64,000 nt of DNA from Mustelus asterias (taxonomy: Eukaryota). Shown piece after piece: positions 11,687 to 24,010 of the stretch. The notes beneath the pieces were generated by a model. That model was given only the letters and a program-made list of their open reading frames with translations, ran no database searches and was not told the DNA's origin. Where the stretch lies: assembly GCF_964213995.1 (NCBI RefSeq), contig NW_027590120.1, positions 2,232,001 to 2,296,000 on the forward strand, written 5' to 3'. The stretch's first letter is position 1. Each line of letters starts with the position of its first letter. The position numbers were made by a program, and so were the translations under genes.

Positions 11687-14335
11687 AAGAACAAACGAAG
11701 AACAAAGAACAATACAGCACAGGAACAGACCCTTCGGCCCTCCAAGCCTGCGCTGCTCATGTGCCCACTAGACCATTCTTTTGTATCCCTCTATTCCCAC
11801 TCTGTTCATGTGGTTATCCAGATAAGTCTTAAACAATCCCAGCGTGACCACCTCAATCACCTTGCTTGGCAGTGCATTCCAGGCTCCCACCACCCTCTGT
11901 GTAAAATACGTCCCCCTGACATCTGTGTTGAACCTTGCCCCCCCTCACCTTGAACCCGTGACCCCTTGTGTTCGTCACCTCTGACCTGGGAAAAAACTTC
12001 CCACAGTTCACTCTATCTATGCCCTTCATAATTTTATACACCTCTATTAGGTTGCCCCTCATCCTCCATCTTTCCAGGGAGAACAACCCCAGTTTACCCA
12101 ATCTCTCCCGATAGCTAAGACCCTCTATACCAGGCAACATCCTGGTAAACCTTCTCTGTACTCTCTCCAAAGCCTCCACGTCCTTCTGGTAGTGTGGTGA
12201 CCAGAACTGGATGCAGTATTCCAAATGTGGCCGAACCATCGTTCTATACAGCTGCAACATCATATGCCAACTTTTATATTCTATGCCCTGTCCAACAAAG
12301 GCAAGTATGCCATATGCCTTCTTCACCACCCTCTCCCCCTGTGCTGCCACCTTTAAGGATCTGTGGACTTGTACACCTTTGTGTGTCTATACTCCTGATG
12401 GCTCTGTCATTTATTGTACAGCTCCCCCTTACATTAGATCTACCGAAATGCATCACTTTGCATTTATCTGGATTAAATTCCATCTGCCATTTCTCCGCCC
12501 AATGTTCCAGCCTATCTATATCCTGCTGCATTCTCTGACAATGTTCATCACTATCCGCAACTCCAGCAATCTTTGTGTCGTCCGCAAACTTACTGATCAC
12601 ACCAGCTACATCTTCCTCCAAATCATTTATATATATCACAAACAGCAGAGGTCCCAGTACAGAGCCCTGTGGAACACCACTAGTCACAGACCTCCAGCCA
12701 GAAAAAGACCCCTCCACTGCTACCCTCTGTCTTCTATGGCTAAGCCAGTTCTCCACCCATCTAGCTAGCTCACCTTTTATCCTGTGAGATTTAACCTTTT
12801 GCACCAGCCTGCCATGAGGGACCTTGTCAAACTCTTTACTAAAATCCATATAGACGACATCCACGCCCCTTCCCTTGTCAATCGTTTTTGTCACCTCCTC
12901 AAAAAACTCAACCAAATTTTTGAGGCATGACCTCCCTCGTACAAAACCATTCTGTCTATCGCTAATGAGATTATTCAGTTCTAAATGCGCATATATCTTA
13001 TCTCTAAGAATCTTCTCCAACAACTTCCCCACCATGGACGTCAAGCTCACCAGCCTGTAATTATCTGGGTTATCCTTGCTACCCTTCTTAAATAACGGGA
13101 CCACATTTGCGATCCTCCAATCCTCTGGGACCTCACCTGTGTCCAGTGAAGAGACAAAGATTTCTGTTAGAGGCCCAGCAATTGCACCACTCGCCTCCCT
13201 GAGGAGTCTAGGATAGATGCCATCTGGCCCTGGGGATTTGTCTGTCTTAATGTTTCCTAAAAAACCTAACACTTCCTCCCTTGTAATTGAGATTTTTTCT
13301 AACGGGTCAACACATCTCTCTGAGACAATACCAGTCAACATGTCCCTCTCCTTTGTGAATACTGATGCAAAGTATTCGTTTAGGATCTCACCTACTTCCT
13401 TTGGTTCTAAGCATAATTCCCCTCCTTTTCCCCGAGAGGTCTGATTCTTTCCCTAACAACCCTCTTGTTCCTAACCTATGTATAAAATGCCTTATGATTC
13501 TCCTTAATCCTGTCTGCCAAAGACATTTCGTGACCCCTTTTAACTCCCTGTTCAGTTCTTTTCTACTTTCTCTGTATTCCTCCAGTGCGCCATCTGTTTT
13601 TAGCTGCCTGGACCTCATGTATGCCTCTTTTTTCTTTTTGATTAGACCCACAATTTCACTGGTTATCCACGGCTCCCGAATCCTACCTTTCCTATCCTTC
13701 CTCTTTACAGGCACATGCCTGTCCTGCAGTCCTATCAACTGCTCCTTACATGCCAGATGTGGATTTACCCTCGAACAGCCTCTCCCAATCAACAGCCACC
13801 AAATCCTGCCTAATCCGGTTGTAGTTCGCCTTCCCCCAATTCAGCACCTTACCCATAGGACAACACTCAAGTTTTTCCATTACTATCCTAAAGTTTACAG
13901 AATTGTGGTCACTATTTGCCACATGTTCCCCTACTGCAACTTTGATGACCTGACCGGGCTCATTCCCCAGTACTAGGCCCAGTATTGCCCCCTCTCTCAT
14001 TGGACTGTCAACATATTGTTCCAAAGAACCTTCCTGTACGCATTTTATAAGTTCTTCCTCGTCCAGGCCCCCAGCCCTAAGCGATTTCCAGTCTATGTGA
14101 GGGAAATTAAAGTCTCCCACTACAACAACCCTATTTTTTCAGCACCTGTCCAGAATCTCCTTACATATCCGTTCCTCAACTTCCCGTGGGCTGTTGGGAG
14201 GCCTGTAGTATACCCCCAGCATAGTGACTGCGCCCTTCCTGTTTCTGAGCTCCACCCACAGTGACTCGTTACCTGACCCCTCCATATTGTCCACCCTCTG
14301 TACTGCTGTAATATGCTCCCTCACCAGCACTGCTC
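11687..14335 (-). mobile_element. CR1 LINE (partial APE + RT, frameshifted)
   Basis: GVYYRPPNS, GDFNFP, NSDHN, NYRLVSLTS, GVPQGSVLGP, KFADDTK; 3' tail (ttctttg)n at ~11690. Confidence 0.95.
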
Positions 14336-15094
14336 CCCAGTGTGAACTCGCTGGTGTGTGAGCAGATTGGAGATCTGAGTGAATCCCTTCCCACAGTCAG
14401 AGCAAGTGAATGGCCTCTCCCCAGTATGAACTCGCTGGTGTGCCAACAGGGTGGACGAGTGACTGAAACCCTTCCCGCACACAGAGCAGGTGAAGGGTGT
14501 CTCCCCAGTGTGAACTCGCTGGTGTGTTAGCAGTTGGGATGATGTTCTAAATCTCTTCACGCAGTAAGAGCAGCTGAACGGTCTGTCCTCAGTGTGAATG
14601 CGCTGGTGGCCCATCAGGGTCTGAGAGCTTTTGAAGCTGCGCCCACAATCAGAGCATTTAAACAGTCTCTCATTCGTGTGAGTGACACGGTGTGTCTGCA
14701 GGGTGGATGAATGACTGAATCTCTTCCCACACACACAGCAAGGGAACGGCCTCTCTCCAGAGTGAACTCGCTGGTGCCTCCACAGGGTGGAACGATCGCT
14801 GAATCCTTTCCCACAGTCTGAGCAGGCGAAAGGCCTCTCCCCGGTGTGAACTCGCTGGTGTGACAGCAGGCTGGATAACTGAGTGAATCCTTTCTCACAC
14901 ACAGAGCAGGTGAACGGCCTCTCCCCAGAGTGAACTCGCTGGTGTCTCAGCAGGGTGGTTGATATACTGAATCCCTTCCCACACACGGAGCAGGTGAACG
15001 GCCTCTCCCCAGTACGAACTCGTTGATGTGTGTCCAGTGCAGATGGGCACTGGAATCCCTTCCCACAGTCCCCACACTCCCATGGTCTCTCCAT
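14321..15094 (-). CDS. C2H2 zinc-finger protein ZF-C (9 fingers), last codons and stop supplied by CR1
   Basis: Open frame from [14 protein letters not shown] (ATG 15094) to HTGEQCW*. Decayed upstream fingers at 15100-15340. Confidence 0.7.
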   Translation of the reverse strand: MERPWECGDCGKGFQCPSALDTHQRVRTGERPFTCSVCGKGFSISTTLLRHQRVHSGERPFTCSVCEKGFTQLSSLLSHQRVHTGERPFACSDCGKGFSDRSTLWRHQRVHSGERPFPCCVCGKRFSHSSTLQTHRVTHTNERLFKCSDCGRSFKSSQTLMGHQRIHTEDRPFSCSYCVKRFRTSSQLLTHQRVHTGETPFTCSVCGKGFSHSSTLLAHQRVHTGERPFTCSDCGKGFTQISNLLTHQRVHTGEQCW

Positions 15095-15944
15095 GGTGCC
15101 AGTGTCCTTTTGATAATCAGTTGATTCCACATCCAAGTACAGAACACATGTACAGTTTCTCCTCGCTGTGAATGGGGTGACGTTTTTCAGGCTGTGTTAC
15201 TGGTTGAAGCTCTTTCCACAGTCAGTTCACTGGAACACTCTCACTCAGGTGTGAGGGGTCTCCATTCTTGTCCAGTCACACTGATGTTTGAAATCTTTTC
15301 CCACAGACAGAACAAACAAACATTTCTTCTCATACATTCAAACGGCAATTATATTCAGGTCCTGATGAATCCAGTGACTTTGTAACATCTTGTTGTGACG
15401 TTTGGTGTGAGATTTCAGTCTGTAAATTCTCTCCTTCTAATATCCTGTTTATAGAAGTTATCAGTGTAAGTATAGGACTGAAATTCAAAACAGACAATTC
15501 TCGTTTCCATGGAATATTCTTTGCTTTCTCATTCCCCAAAGTTGTAAATCTCCATCCCACACACTCTCCCTCCAATCTCACTCTGCTGTACCTAATACAC
15601 ACCCTCCCAATTCTCCTGAAGGTGCTGATTCAGGCTGATTGACAGACCCATGCTCCTGTCCAGTACAAAGAGACCTGAAAATCTTCATGCAGGCTGCTAG
15701 CCAATTCCACATTACTAAACATATTATTTGATCAGCAATAGAAAGGAGATGTGAGGAACAATTTTATTCACGAGTGGTCACGACCTGACCTCACTGCTTC
15801 TGTGCATGGTGGAATCAGAAATAATCAATGATTTGAAAAATAAATCAGATAGGTGTGAAGGAATTAAAAAGGGAACAGAGTTATGGAGGGGAAATGGGAC
15901 TGAGTGGATTGATGTACAGAGAGTCAGCATGGACTTCTTCCAAC

Positions 15945-17065
15945 TATCACTGGAATATATACAAAATTTCAGGCAATGTAGTGGAAGACATGCCCTGTCT
16001 ACATCAACGGTGACAAAGTGGAAATGGTTGAGAGCTCAAGTTTCTAGGTGTTCAGATCACAACAACCTGTCCTGGTCCCTCCATGCTGCTGCTTTAGTTC
16101 AGAAAGCCCACCAACTCCTCGACTTTCTCAGGAGGCTAAGGAAATTCGACATGTCGACACGTCAGCTACGACTCTCACCAATTTTTACAGGGACACCACA
16201 GAAAGCATCCCATCCAGTTGTATCACAGCTTGGTATTGCTGCTGCTCTGACCAAGAGCACAAGAAACTACAAGGGGTGTGAATGTGGCCCAGTCCATCAC
16301 GCAAATCAGCCTCTTATCCATTGACACTGTCTACATTTCCTATTGCCTCAGAAAAGCAGCCAGCATAATCAAGGACCCCACTTATCCTGGAAATTCTCTT
16401 TTCTATCTTCTTCCGTCGGGAAAAAGAGACAAAAGTCTGAGGTCACAAACCAACCGACTCAAGAACAGCTTCTTCCCTGCTGCTGCCATCGGACTTTTAC
16501 AAACAAAGAACAAAGAAAATTACAGCACAGAAACAGGCCCTTCGACCTTTCAAGCCTGCACCGACCATGCTGCCCGACTGAACTAAAACCCCCTACCCTT
16601 CCGGGGACCATATCCCTCCATTCCCATCCTATTCATGTATTTGTCAAGATGCCCCTTAAAAGTCACTCTCGTATCTGCTTCCACTATCTCCCCCGGCAGC
16701 AAGTTCCAGGCACCCACCACCCTCTGTGTAAAAAACTTGCCTCTCCTTTAAACCTTGCCCCTCACACCTTAAACCTGTGCCCCCCAGTAATTGACTCTTC
16801 CATCCTGGGAAAAAGCTTCTGACTATCCACTCTGTCCATGCCCCTCAATAATCTTGCAAACTTCTGTCAGGTTCGTTGAATGGACCTACCTCATATTAAG
16901 CTGATCTTTCTCTTCACCCTTTCTGTAACTGTAACACTATATTCTGCACTCTCTCCTTTCCTACTCCCCTATGTACTCTATGAACAGTATGCTTTGTCTG
17001 TATACCGCGCAAGAAACAATACTTTTCACTGTATCCCAATACATGTGACAATAATAAATCAAATC
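15945..17065 (+). mobile_element. Rex1/Babar-type LINE 3' part, interrupted by a minus-strand CR1 3' end (~16500-16875)
   Basis: FLRRLRKF, SCITAWY, NRLKNSFFPAA; tail aataaatcaaatcaaa. Confidence 0.8.
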
Positions 17066-17299
17066 AAACCCATTGCTGCATTTCCTTCCTGAAGCCACAT
17101 TTGTCCACTGGGGCCTGGCCCCGCGAGAAAGCGCTGCAGCTGCCGTTGTGTTGGGTGTTGAGGCGGTGCCGCTAGTTCCTTATTGGGGGTGTTGAAGCCT
17201 CCACTGGGTGTGTGGAGCCTCCCCTCCCACCCACTGCCCCTAACGCTGCCTCCGCTTATCCGCCTCCTCCCCGCCTGGAGATCAGACAAACAAGCGCCT

Positions 17300-17800
17300 G
17301 TCCCTGGACATGAGCCGCACTGCGCATGCTCAACGTCACAATGCCCGGGGACTGATTGACGGCAGCTCTGGACCAATAGGAAAAAGGGGCGGGGCTGGAG
17401 GACCGAACGGGAGTGGCTGGTCCTACAACCAGCGTGAATAGGGGGAAGGGTCTGAAGCATGCGCAGTGCGGGCAATGGCGGCGGACGGACGGTTTTAACT
17501 CGGATCCGAGATCAGTTCAAGGTAGAGGGCGGCGCGCAGAGAGCCATGAATGTGGCGGGTGGGTGGAGAGGCTTCGGAAACATGTTGTTCAAACCCAAAC
17601 CCCGGAAAATAACTTTCCGGGCGCCCTGTTGGTACCAAATTGGAGGCGCAACTTGTCGTGTTGGGCTGGGCTGGGCTGACGGCCGCCAATCTGTTGGTGG
17701 CAATGTCTGTCAGTGCGCATGTGCGGCCGGCATCTTTGTAAGGGGCAATGTGCAGCAGGGTGCAGGTGCAATCGCCATGTTTGTAGGGGGCGCAGGAGTG
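17300..17800. promoter_or_regulatory. CpG-rich promoter module P3 (upstream of ZF-C)
   Basis: cactgcgcatgct, gcatgcgcagtg and tgcgcatgtgcg (NRF1-like), ccaat, ggggcgggg, aatggcggc, ccggaa. Confidence 0.65.
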
Positions 17801-17932
17801 TCTACCTTTGTGATGTTTGGGACCTGAACCCACTGCAGTCCATGTTGTGCAGGTACATCCACCCTGCTGATAGGGAGGGAATTCCAGGATTTTGACCCAG
17901 TGACTGTGAAGGAATGGTGATATATTTCCAAA

Positions 17933-18793
17933 ATGTAGAGATGCCAGCATTGAATTGGGGTAAACACAGTAAGAAGTCTCACATCACCAGGTTAAAGTCC
18001 AACAGGTTTATTTGGTAGCAAAAGCCACACTAGCTTTCAGAGCCCCAAGCCCCTTCATCAGGTGAGTGGGAGTTCTGTTCACAAACAGGGCACAGAGACA
18101 CAAACTCAATTTACAAAATAATGGTTAGAATGCGAGTCTTTACAGGTAATCAAGTCTTAAAGGTACAGACAATGTGAGTGTAGAGAGGGTTAAGCACAGG
18201 TAAAAGAGATGTGTATTGTCTCCAGCCAGGACAGTTAGTGAGATTTTGCAAGTCGTGGGGGTTACAGATAGTGTGACATGAACCCAAGATCCCGGTTGAG
18301 GCCGTCCTCGTGTGTGAAAATTGTCTATCAGTCTCTGCTCAGCGACTCTGCGTTGTCGTGAAGGCCGCCTTGGAGAACGCAGAGACTGATAGCCAAGTTC
18401 CGCACACATGAGGACGGCCTCAACCAGGATCTTGGGTTCAGATCACAACATCTGTAACTCCCAAGACTTGCCTGGGCTTGCAAAATCTCACTAACTGTCC
18501 TGGCTGGAGACAATACACATCTCTTTAACCTGTGCTTAACCCTCTCTCCACTCACATTGTCTGTACCTTTAAGACTTGATTACCTGTAAAGACTCGCATT
18601 CCAACCATTATTTTGTAAATTGAGTTTGTCTTTATATGCCCTGTTTATGAACTGAAATCCCATTCACCTGACAAAGGAGCAGCGCTCCGAAAGCTAGTGG
18701 CGTTTGCTACCAAATAAACCTGTTGGACTTTAACCTGGTGTTGTGAGATTTCTTACTGTGTTTACCCCAGTCCAATGCCGGCATCTCCACATC
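17933..18793. mobile_element. Penelope-like element remnant forming a ~860-nt palindrome
   Basis: Arms ~17933-18340 and ~18380-18793 are reverse complements. The centre encodes the GIY-YIG C-terminus QRLIAKFRTHEDGLNQDLGF. Confidence 0.85.
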
Positions 18794-20313
18794 ATTCTCG
18801 GTGTGAACAGGAGGGGATGTGTTTGGAGACAGAATGTCCCAGTTTTCACCCTGACATTCCCAGTATGAACAAGATCCTTGATCGAATGGGGATGTTTTAA
18901 GACATCATTTCATTGCCTGGTAACTAACCTCCTTGAGCTCAGCTCATTCTGGGCTGGGAGTGTTTGATGGGGCAGTGAAGAGGGAGTTTATGAAAACTGT
19001 GCCTACTCTCTGGCGCTGTTTGGGAAAGGATGTCCCAATTCTCCATTTTTACAAGGTCAAAGAGAAGACCAGCTGGATTAAATGGTGTTGCTTTATGACA
19101 TAATTTAATCGCCTGGTAACTAACCTCCTGGAACCCAGCTCATTATGGGCTGGGAGTGTTTGGTGGGGCAGTGCAGATGGAGTTTTTCTTATCCAAAGTG
19201 TTCCTCCTCTCTGGCACTGTTTGATGTGGCATGTAATGGGAGTTTTCCTTTGTGCCTAGCTTGGGCAGTGCTTCCCCTGGGAGTTTTTCACAGGATGATT
19301 TAGAGAGAACTTTCCTCTGTACCTTAGATGGGTTGTACATACCTTAGGAGTGTTTGATGGGAAAGTGTAGAGGGAGCCTTGCACTGTCCCTCGCAAGTGT
19401 TGCAATTACCCTGCATGATTTCTACTTCACAACATGTGCATTAAATGTTGATTTGATTTATTATCAAATGTATTGGGATACACTGAAAAGTATTGTTTCT
19501 TGCACGCTATACAGACAAAGCATACCTTTCATGGAGTACATGGGGAGAAGGAAAGGATAGGGTCCAGGTACAGGTAGGGTGAAGAGAAGGATCAGCTTAA
19601 TATATGATAGGACCATTCAAACATGAGTAAGGAAGAAGTTGTTCTTGAGTCGTTTGGTACATGTTTTCAGACTTTTGCATAAATTTACTGAGAAGGTGGT
19701 GGTAAGCTGCCTTCCTTCAGTCCATGTGTTGTAGGTACACCCATAGTGCTGTTAGAGAGGGAATTACAGGATTTTGATCCAGTGACAATGAAGGAACGGT
19801 GATGTATTTCCAAGTTAGGAAGGTGTGTGGCTAGGAGGGGAATTTCCAGCAGGTGGTGTTCCCATGTGTCTGCTGTCCTTGTCCTTCTAGATGATGGTGG
19901 TTGTGTGTGTGGGAAGAGATTGACTCAGTCATTCATCAACTTTGTTTGTGGGAATACATTTGTTGACAACGGATCCACTGCTTTTTAGTATTTTCCTAAT
20001 CCACCACAAACAAGTTGACTCCTCATAACTTCACGGTTACTTCTGTTAGGATTTAAGACTCCTGTTTCAGATTGAGTAACATTGTTTTCAAACTTAGTGT
20101 AAAATTCTATTATAAATTTATTATATATTTCGCTCTCAGCCAACCTCACTAAAAACAGATCACCTCTGATCAGCATCACATTTCTGTCTGCGCATCGAGG
20201 TACCCTGAGGTTGTGAAAGGCACTATATAAATGAAAATTCTTCCAACTGCAGCCCAGTTGCTGTGGTTATCAGCAACAGCATCAAGACTCCCCTGTTTTA
20301 TAATGAACAAGTT

Positions 20314-21075
20314 TCACCCCCGAATCTGATTAACAGCGGTAATAGCTGCAGAATCAGAACAGTGCAGTTGCTTGTGAACCCGCTGGTGTCTCACAAGGTT
20401 GGATGATTGAGTGAATCCCTTCCCACACACTGAGCAGGTGAATGGCCTCTCCCCGGTGTGAACTTGCTGGTGTCGCAGCAGGATTGATGATTCAGCAAAT
20501 CCCTTCCCACACACACAGCAGGGGAATGGTCTCTCCCCGGTGTGAACTCGCTTGTGTCTCAGCAGGGCCGATGACTCAGTGAATCTCTTTTCACACACAC
20601 AGCAGGTGAACGGTCTCTCCCCAGTGTGAACTCGCTGGTGTGTCAGCAGGTGGGATGACTGAGTGAATCCCTTTCCGCATTGGGAGCAGGTGAAGGGTTT
20701 CTCCCCGGTGTGAACCTGCTGGTGTCGCAACATGTTTGAAAATCGAGTGAATCGCTTTTCACACAAGGGGCAGGTGAATGGACTCATTCCAGTGTGACTG
20801 CATTGATGAATTTCCTGATCAGAGGGATAACAGAATCCCTTCCCGGTATCCCCACATTGTCCACATGGACTCTCCCCAGTGTGACCAAATCGATTCGTTT
20901 CCTGATCAGAGGGATAATGGTATACATTCCCAGTATTCCCACATTGTCCACACTGACTCTCCCTGTTTCGGTTACACTTGTGCCTTCCCATATCAGTCGA
21001 TTGGTTGAATCCAGATCCACATGTGGAACACGTGTACAGTTTGTCTTCGCTGTGACTGCTGCTCTCCCCTTCCAT
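20314..21075 (-). CDS. C2H2 zinc-finger protein ZF-D (253 aa; 5 canonical fingers after degenerate, internally duplicated fingers)
   Basis: Uninterrupted ORF from MEGESSSHSEDKLY with HTGEKPF/HTGERPF linkers. Confidence 0.8.
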   Translation of the reverse strand: MEGESSSHSEDKLYTCSTCGSGFNQSTDMGRHKCNRNRESQCGQCGNTGNVYHYPSDQETNRFGHTGESPCGQCGDTGKGFCYPSDQEIHQCSHTGMSPFTCPLCEKRFTRFSNMLRHQQVHTGEKPFTCSQCGKGFTQSSHLLTHQRVHTGERPFTCCVCEKRFTESSALLRHKRVHTGERPFPCCVCGKGFAESSILLRHQQVHTGERPFTCSVCGKGFTQSSNLVRHQRVHKQLHCSDSAAITAVNQIRG

Positions 21076-21317
21076 GATTCCAATGATATTCAGTCCTGAT
21101 GAATCGAGCGACTCGGTGAGATTGATGTGATGCCTGGTCTGAGCTTCCTGTTCATTTCACTATTTATATTAGTAATTACAGTAAAGAAAAAAGGACCATT
21201 TCAGGGTGGACAGTTTTATAACTTTACATTATTTTTATTCCCCTGAATCCCACTCTCCCTCCTCTTTGTTGAAATGAGCCTCTCTCACAATACTTTTGTC
21301 CTGCTCAAATGACAACA

Positions 21318-21658
21318 GGGGCGGCACGGTAGCACAGTGGTTAGCACTGCTGCTTCACAGCTCCAGGGTCCCGGATTCGATTCCCGGCTCGGGTCACTGT
21401 CTGTGTGGAGTTTGCACATTCTCCTCGTATCTGCGTGGGTTTCCTCCGGGTGCTCCGGTTTCCTCTCACAGTCCAAAGATGTGCGGGTTAGGTTGATTGG
21501 CCAGGTTAAAGAAATTGCCCCTTAGAGTCCTGGGATGCATAGGTTAGAGGGATTAGCAGGTAAAATATGTGGGGGTAGGGCCTGGGTGGGATTGTGGTCG
21601 GTGCAGACTCGATGGGCCGAATGGCCTCCTTCTGCACTGTAGGGTTTCTATGATTTCT
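21318..21658 (+). mobile_element. Full-length young HE1-type SINE
   Basis: ggggcggcacggtagcacagtggttagc...gattcgattcccgg...ttctatgatttcta; near-identical to 37202-37548. Confidence 0.92.
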
Positions 21659-21829
21659 AGCACAGAGGGACAGTGTCCCTTTAAATATGCAGATCACCTG
21701 CCAGCACCACACCTGCTCAGTTGGCTCAGGCCAATGGGACCAGCACAGTGCCTCCACAGTGGGCTGCTGGGTAAGGAGCCACAGCAGATGAGGTGGGGTG
21801 GGGTCAGGTGACGTTACGGGGATTGAAAT

Positions 21830-22700
21830 ATCTGGTATTAGTGATGGTGTGGATATGTGGTCAGAAACTCATCTTGGGGTCAAATCTGACATGGAGATTG
21901 TGAAGAGTGTGATTCAGCTTCAGACAGCTCCCAGGGAGAGGGATGGACTTGGCAGTTAGGGAACAGAATTTGTAATGGTGACCGAAGACAATGACTTTGG
22001 TCTTCCCAATTTTTAATTGGAGGAAATTTCTGTTCATCCAGTACTGAATGTGGGATAAGCAGTTTGATAATTTAGTAACAGTGGAGGAATGGAGAGGGAT
22101 GGGTAGAGCTGGGTGTTGTCAGTGTAGATGGGAAAACTAACACGGTGCTTTTGGATGATGTCATTCAGTGGCAGCATGTGGATGCGAAATAGGAGGGGCC
22201 AAGGATAGATCCTTGGGGCTCACCGAGTTCAGGGGGTTTGGAGAGGAAAGGGAGATTGGAGATGGGGCAATAGTTGGCAAAGACTGGGATTGAGTGTTTT
22301 TTTCAGGGTGGGTGATTTCAGAGGATTCAAAAGTGAGGGGGACAGTACCAGGGAAAAGAGAGAACCATTAACAATATCACCAAATGTGGGGAAGTTGGAT
22401 GATCAGCAATTTAGTGAGAATAGGGTCGATGGAGCACGGGGTGGGTCTCATGGACAAGATAAACATGGAGAGGGCACGAGGGGAGATAGGAGAGAAACTG
22501 GAGAAAGATGTCTGTTCTGGGCTTGGTCAAGAGGGAACTTTAGACATGGTTTGTCCCAGTAGGCGAGTGGAAGGGAGGGATACAGCAGCGGCAGCTGATC
22601 GAATTATCTCAATCTTAGTAACAAAGAAGCTTCATGAACTCCTCACACTTGTTGGAGGTGAGAATAGAGGAGATGGGCGAGAAAGAGACCTTCAGAAGGA
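21830..22700 (-). mobile_element. L2-like LINE fragment downstream of ZF-E
   Basis: Reverse complement has L2 RT-like remnants (gtvpqgsilgpllf-like region ~22190-22220; FFVTKIEIIRSA ~22600). Confidence 0.7.
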
Positions 22701-22994
22701 ACTAACTAATGTTTGAGGTGTTAAAGATTCAACATAATGTGCGAACACAATGTTGACTTATTTAACTTTTATCCAGAGTATTAGCCCATGTAACTGGGTT
22801 GAAGTTTACCAACTAAGCTTTGACAAAGGGTCATCTGGACTTGAAACGTCAGCTCTTTTCTCTCTTTAAAGATGCTGCCAGACCTGCTGAGATTTTCCAG
22901 CATTTTCTCTTTTGGTTTGAAGTTTACCAACATGAACAGAAACAGACCCCAATGAACATGGATCAGTCCTGATCTTATTAACAGTAAAATCTAA

Positions 22995-24010
22995 TCACCT
23001 TAGAACTCGCTGGTGTGTCAGCAGAGGGGATGACTGAGTGAAGCCCTTCCCACACTGGGAGCAGGTGAATGGTTTCTCCCCAGTGTGAACTCGCTGATGT
23101 ACAGTGAGGTCAGATGATGTCTTGAACCCAGTGTCACAGTGAGAGCACCTGAATGGTTTCTCGTCAGTGTGAACACGTTGATGGCGCATCAGTTCTCTTG
23201 AAGTTTTAAAGCACTTCTCACAGTCTGGACATTTAAAAGGTCTCTCCTCAGTGTGAACTCATTGATGGTGGAGCAGTTATCGGGAACTTTTGTAGCACTT
23301 CCTGCAGTCTGGACATTGAAATGGTCTCTTCTCATTGTGAACACTCTGGTGATTCAGCAGAGTGGATAATTGAGTGAATCCCTTCCCACACTCAGAACAG
23401 GTGAAAGGTCTCTCCCCAGTGTGAATTCGCTGGTGTGTCCGCAGGTTAGATGACCAACTGAACCCATTCCCACACACAGAGCAGGTGAATGGCCGCTCCC
23501 CGGTGTGACTACACTGGTGTTCAATGAGTTGAGATGATTGTTTGAACCCAGTCCCACAGTGAGAGCATCTGAATGGCCTCTCATCACTGTGAGCACGTTG
23601 ATGGAGTATCAGGTCCCGGGAACCTTTATACCACTTCCCAGTCTGGACATTTAAATGGTCTCTCGTCAGTGTGAACTCGCTGGTGCGCCATCAAGTCAGA
23701 TGACCGAGCGAATCCTTTCTCACACTCTGAGCAAGTGAATGGTCTCTTCCCAGTGTGAACTCGCTGGTGTCTCAGCAGGTTGCCTGACTGAGCGAATCCC
23801 TTCCCACAGTTGGAACAATTGAAAGGTCTCTCTCCAGTGTGAACTCGCTGGTGTTGCAGCAGGCTGGATGAGCGAGAGAATCCTTCCCACACTTGGAGCA
23901 AATGAATGACCTCTCCCCGGTGTGTCTGGGCTGATGAGTTTCCAGTTCACATAGAGATCTGAATCCCTCCCCACATTCCCATCGTTTCTCAACACTGTGA
24001 ACGACACTTT
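22995..24010 (-). pseudogene. C2H2 zinc-finger pseudogene ZF-E
   Basis: About 11 finger units broken by frameshifts (incl. KCPDWEVV*) and a TAA at ~23277; the upstream acceptor AG is mutated. Confidence 0.85.

Noticed and set aside
18910-19400. Local ~190-nt duplication with ggagtgtttgatggg units
   Set aside because: Looks like a decayed satellite-like repeat with no further structure.
21318-21400. tRNA genes (A/B boxes here and in other copies)
   Set aside because: These are tRNA-derived SINE heads continuous with the V-SINE body and CR1-like tail.
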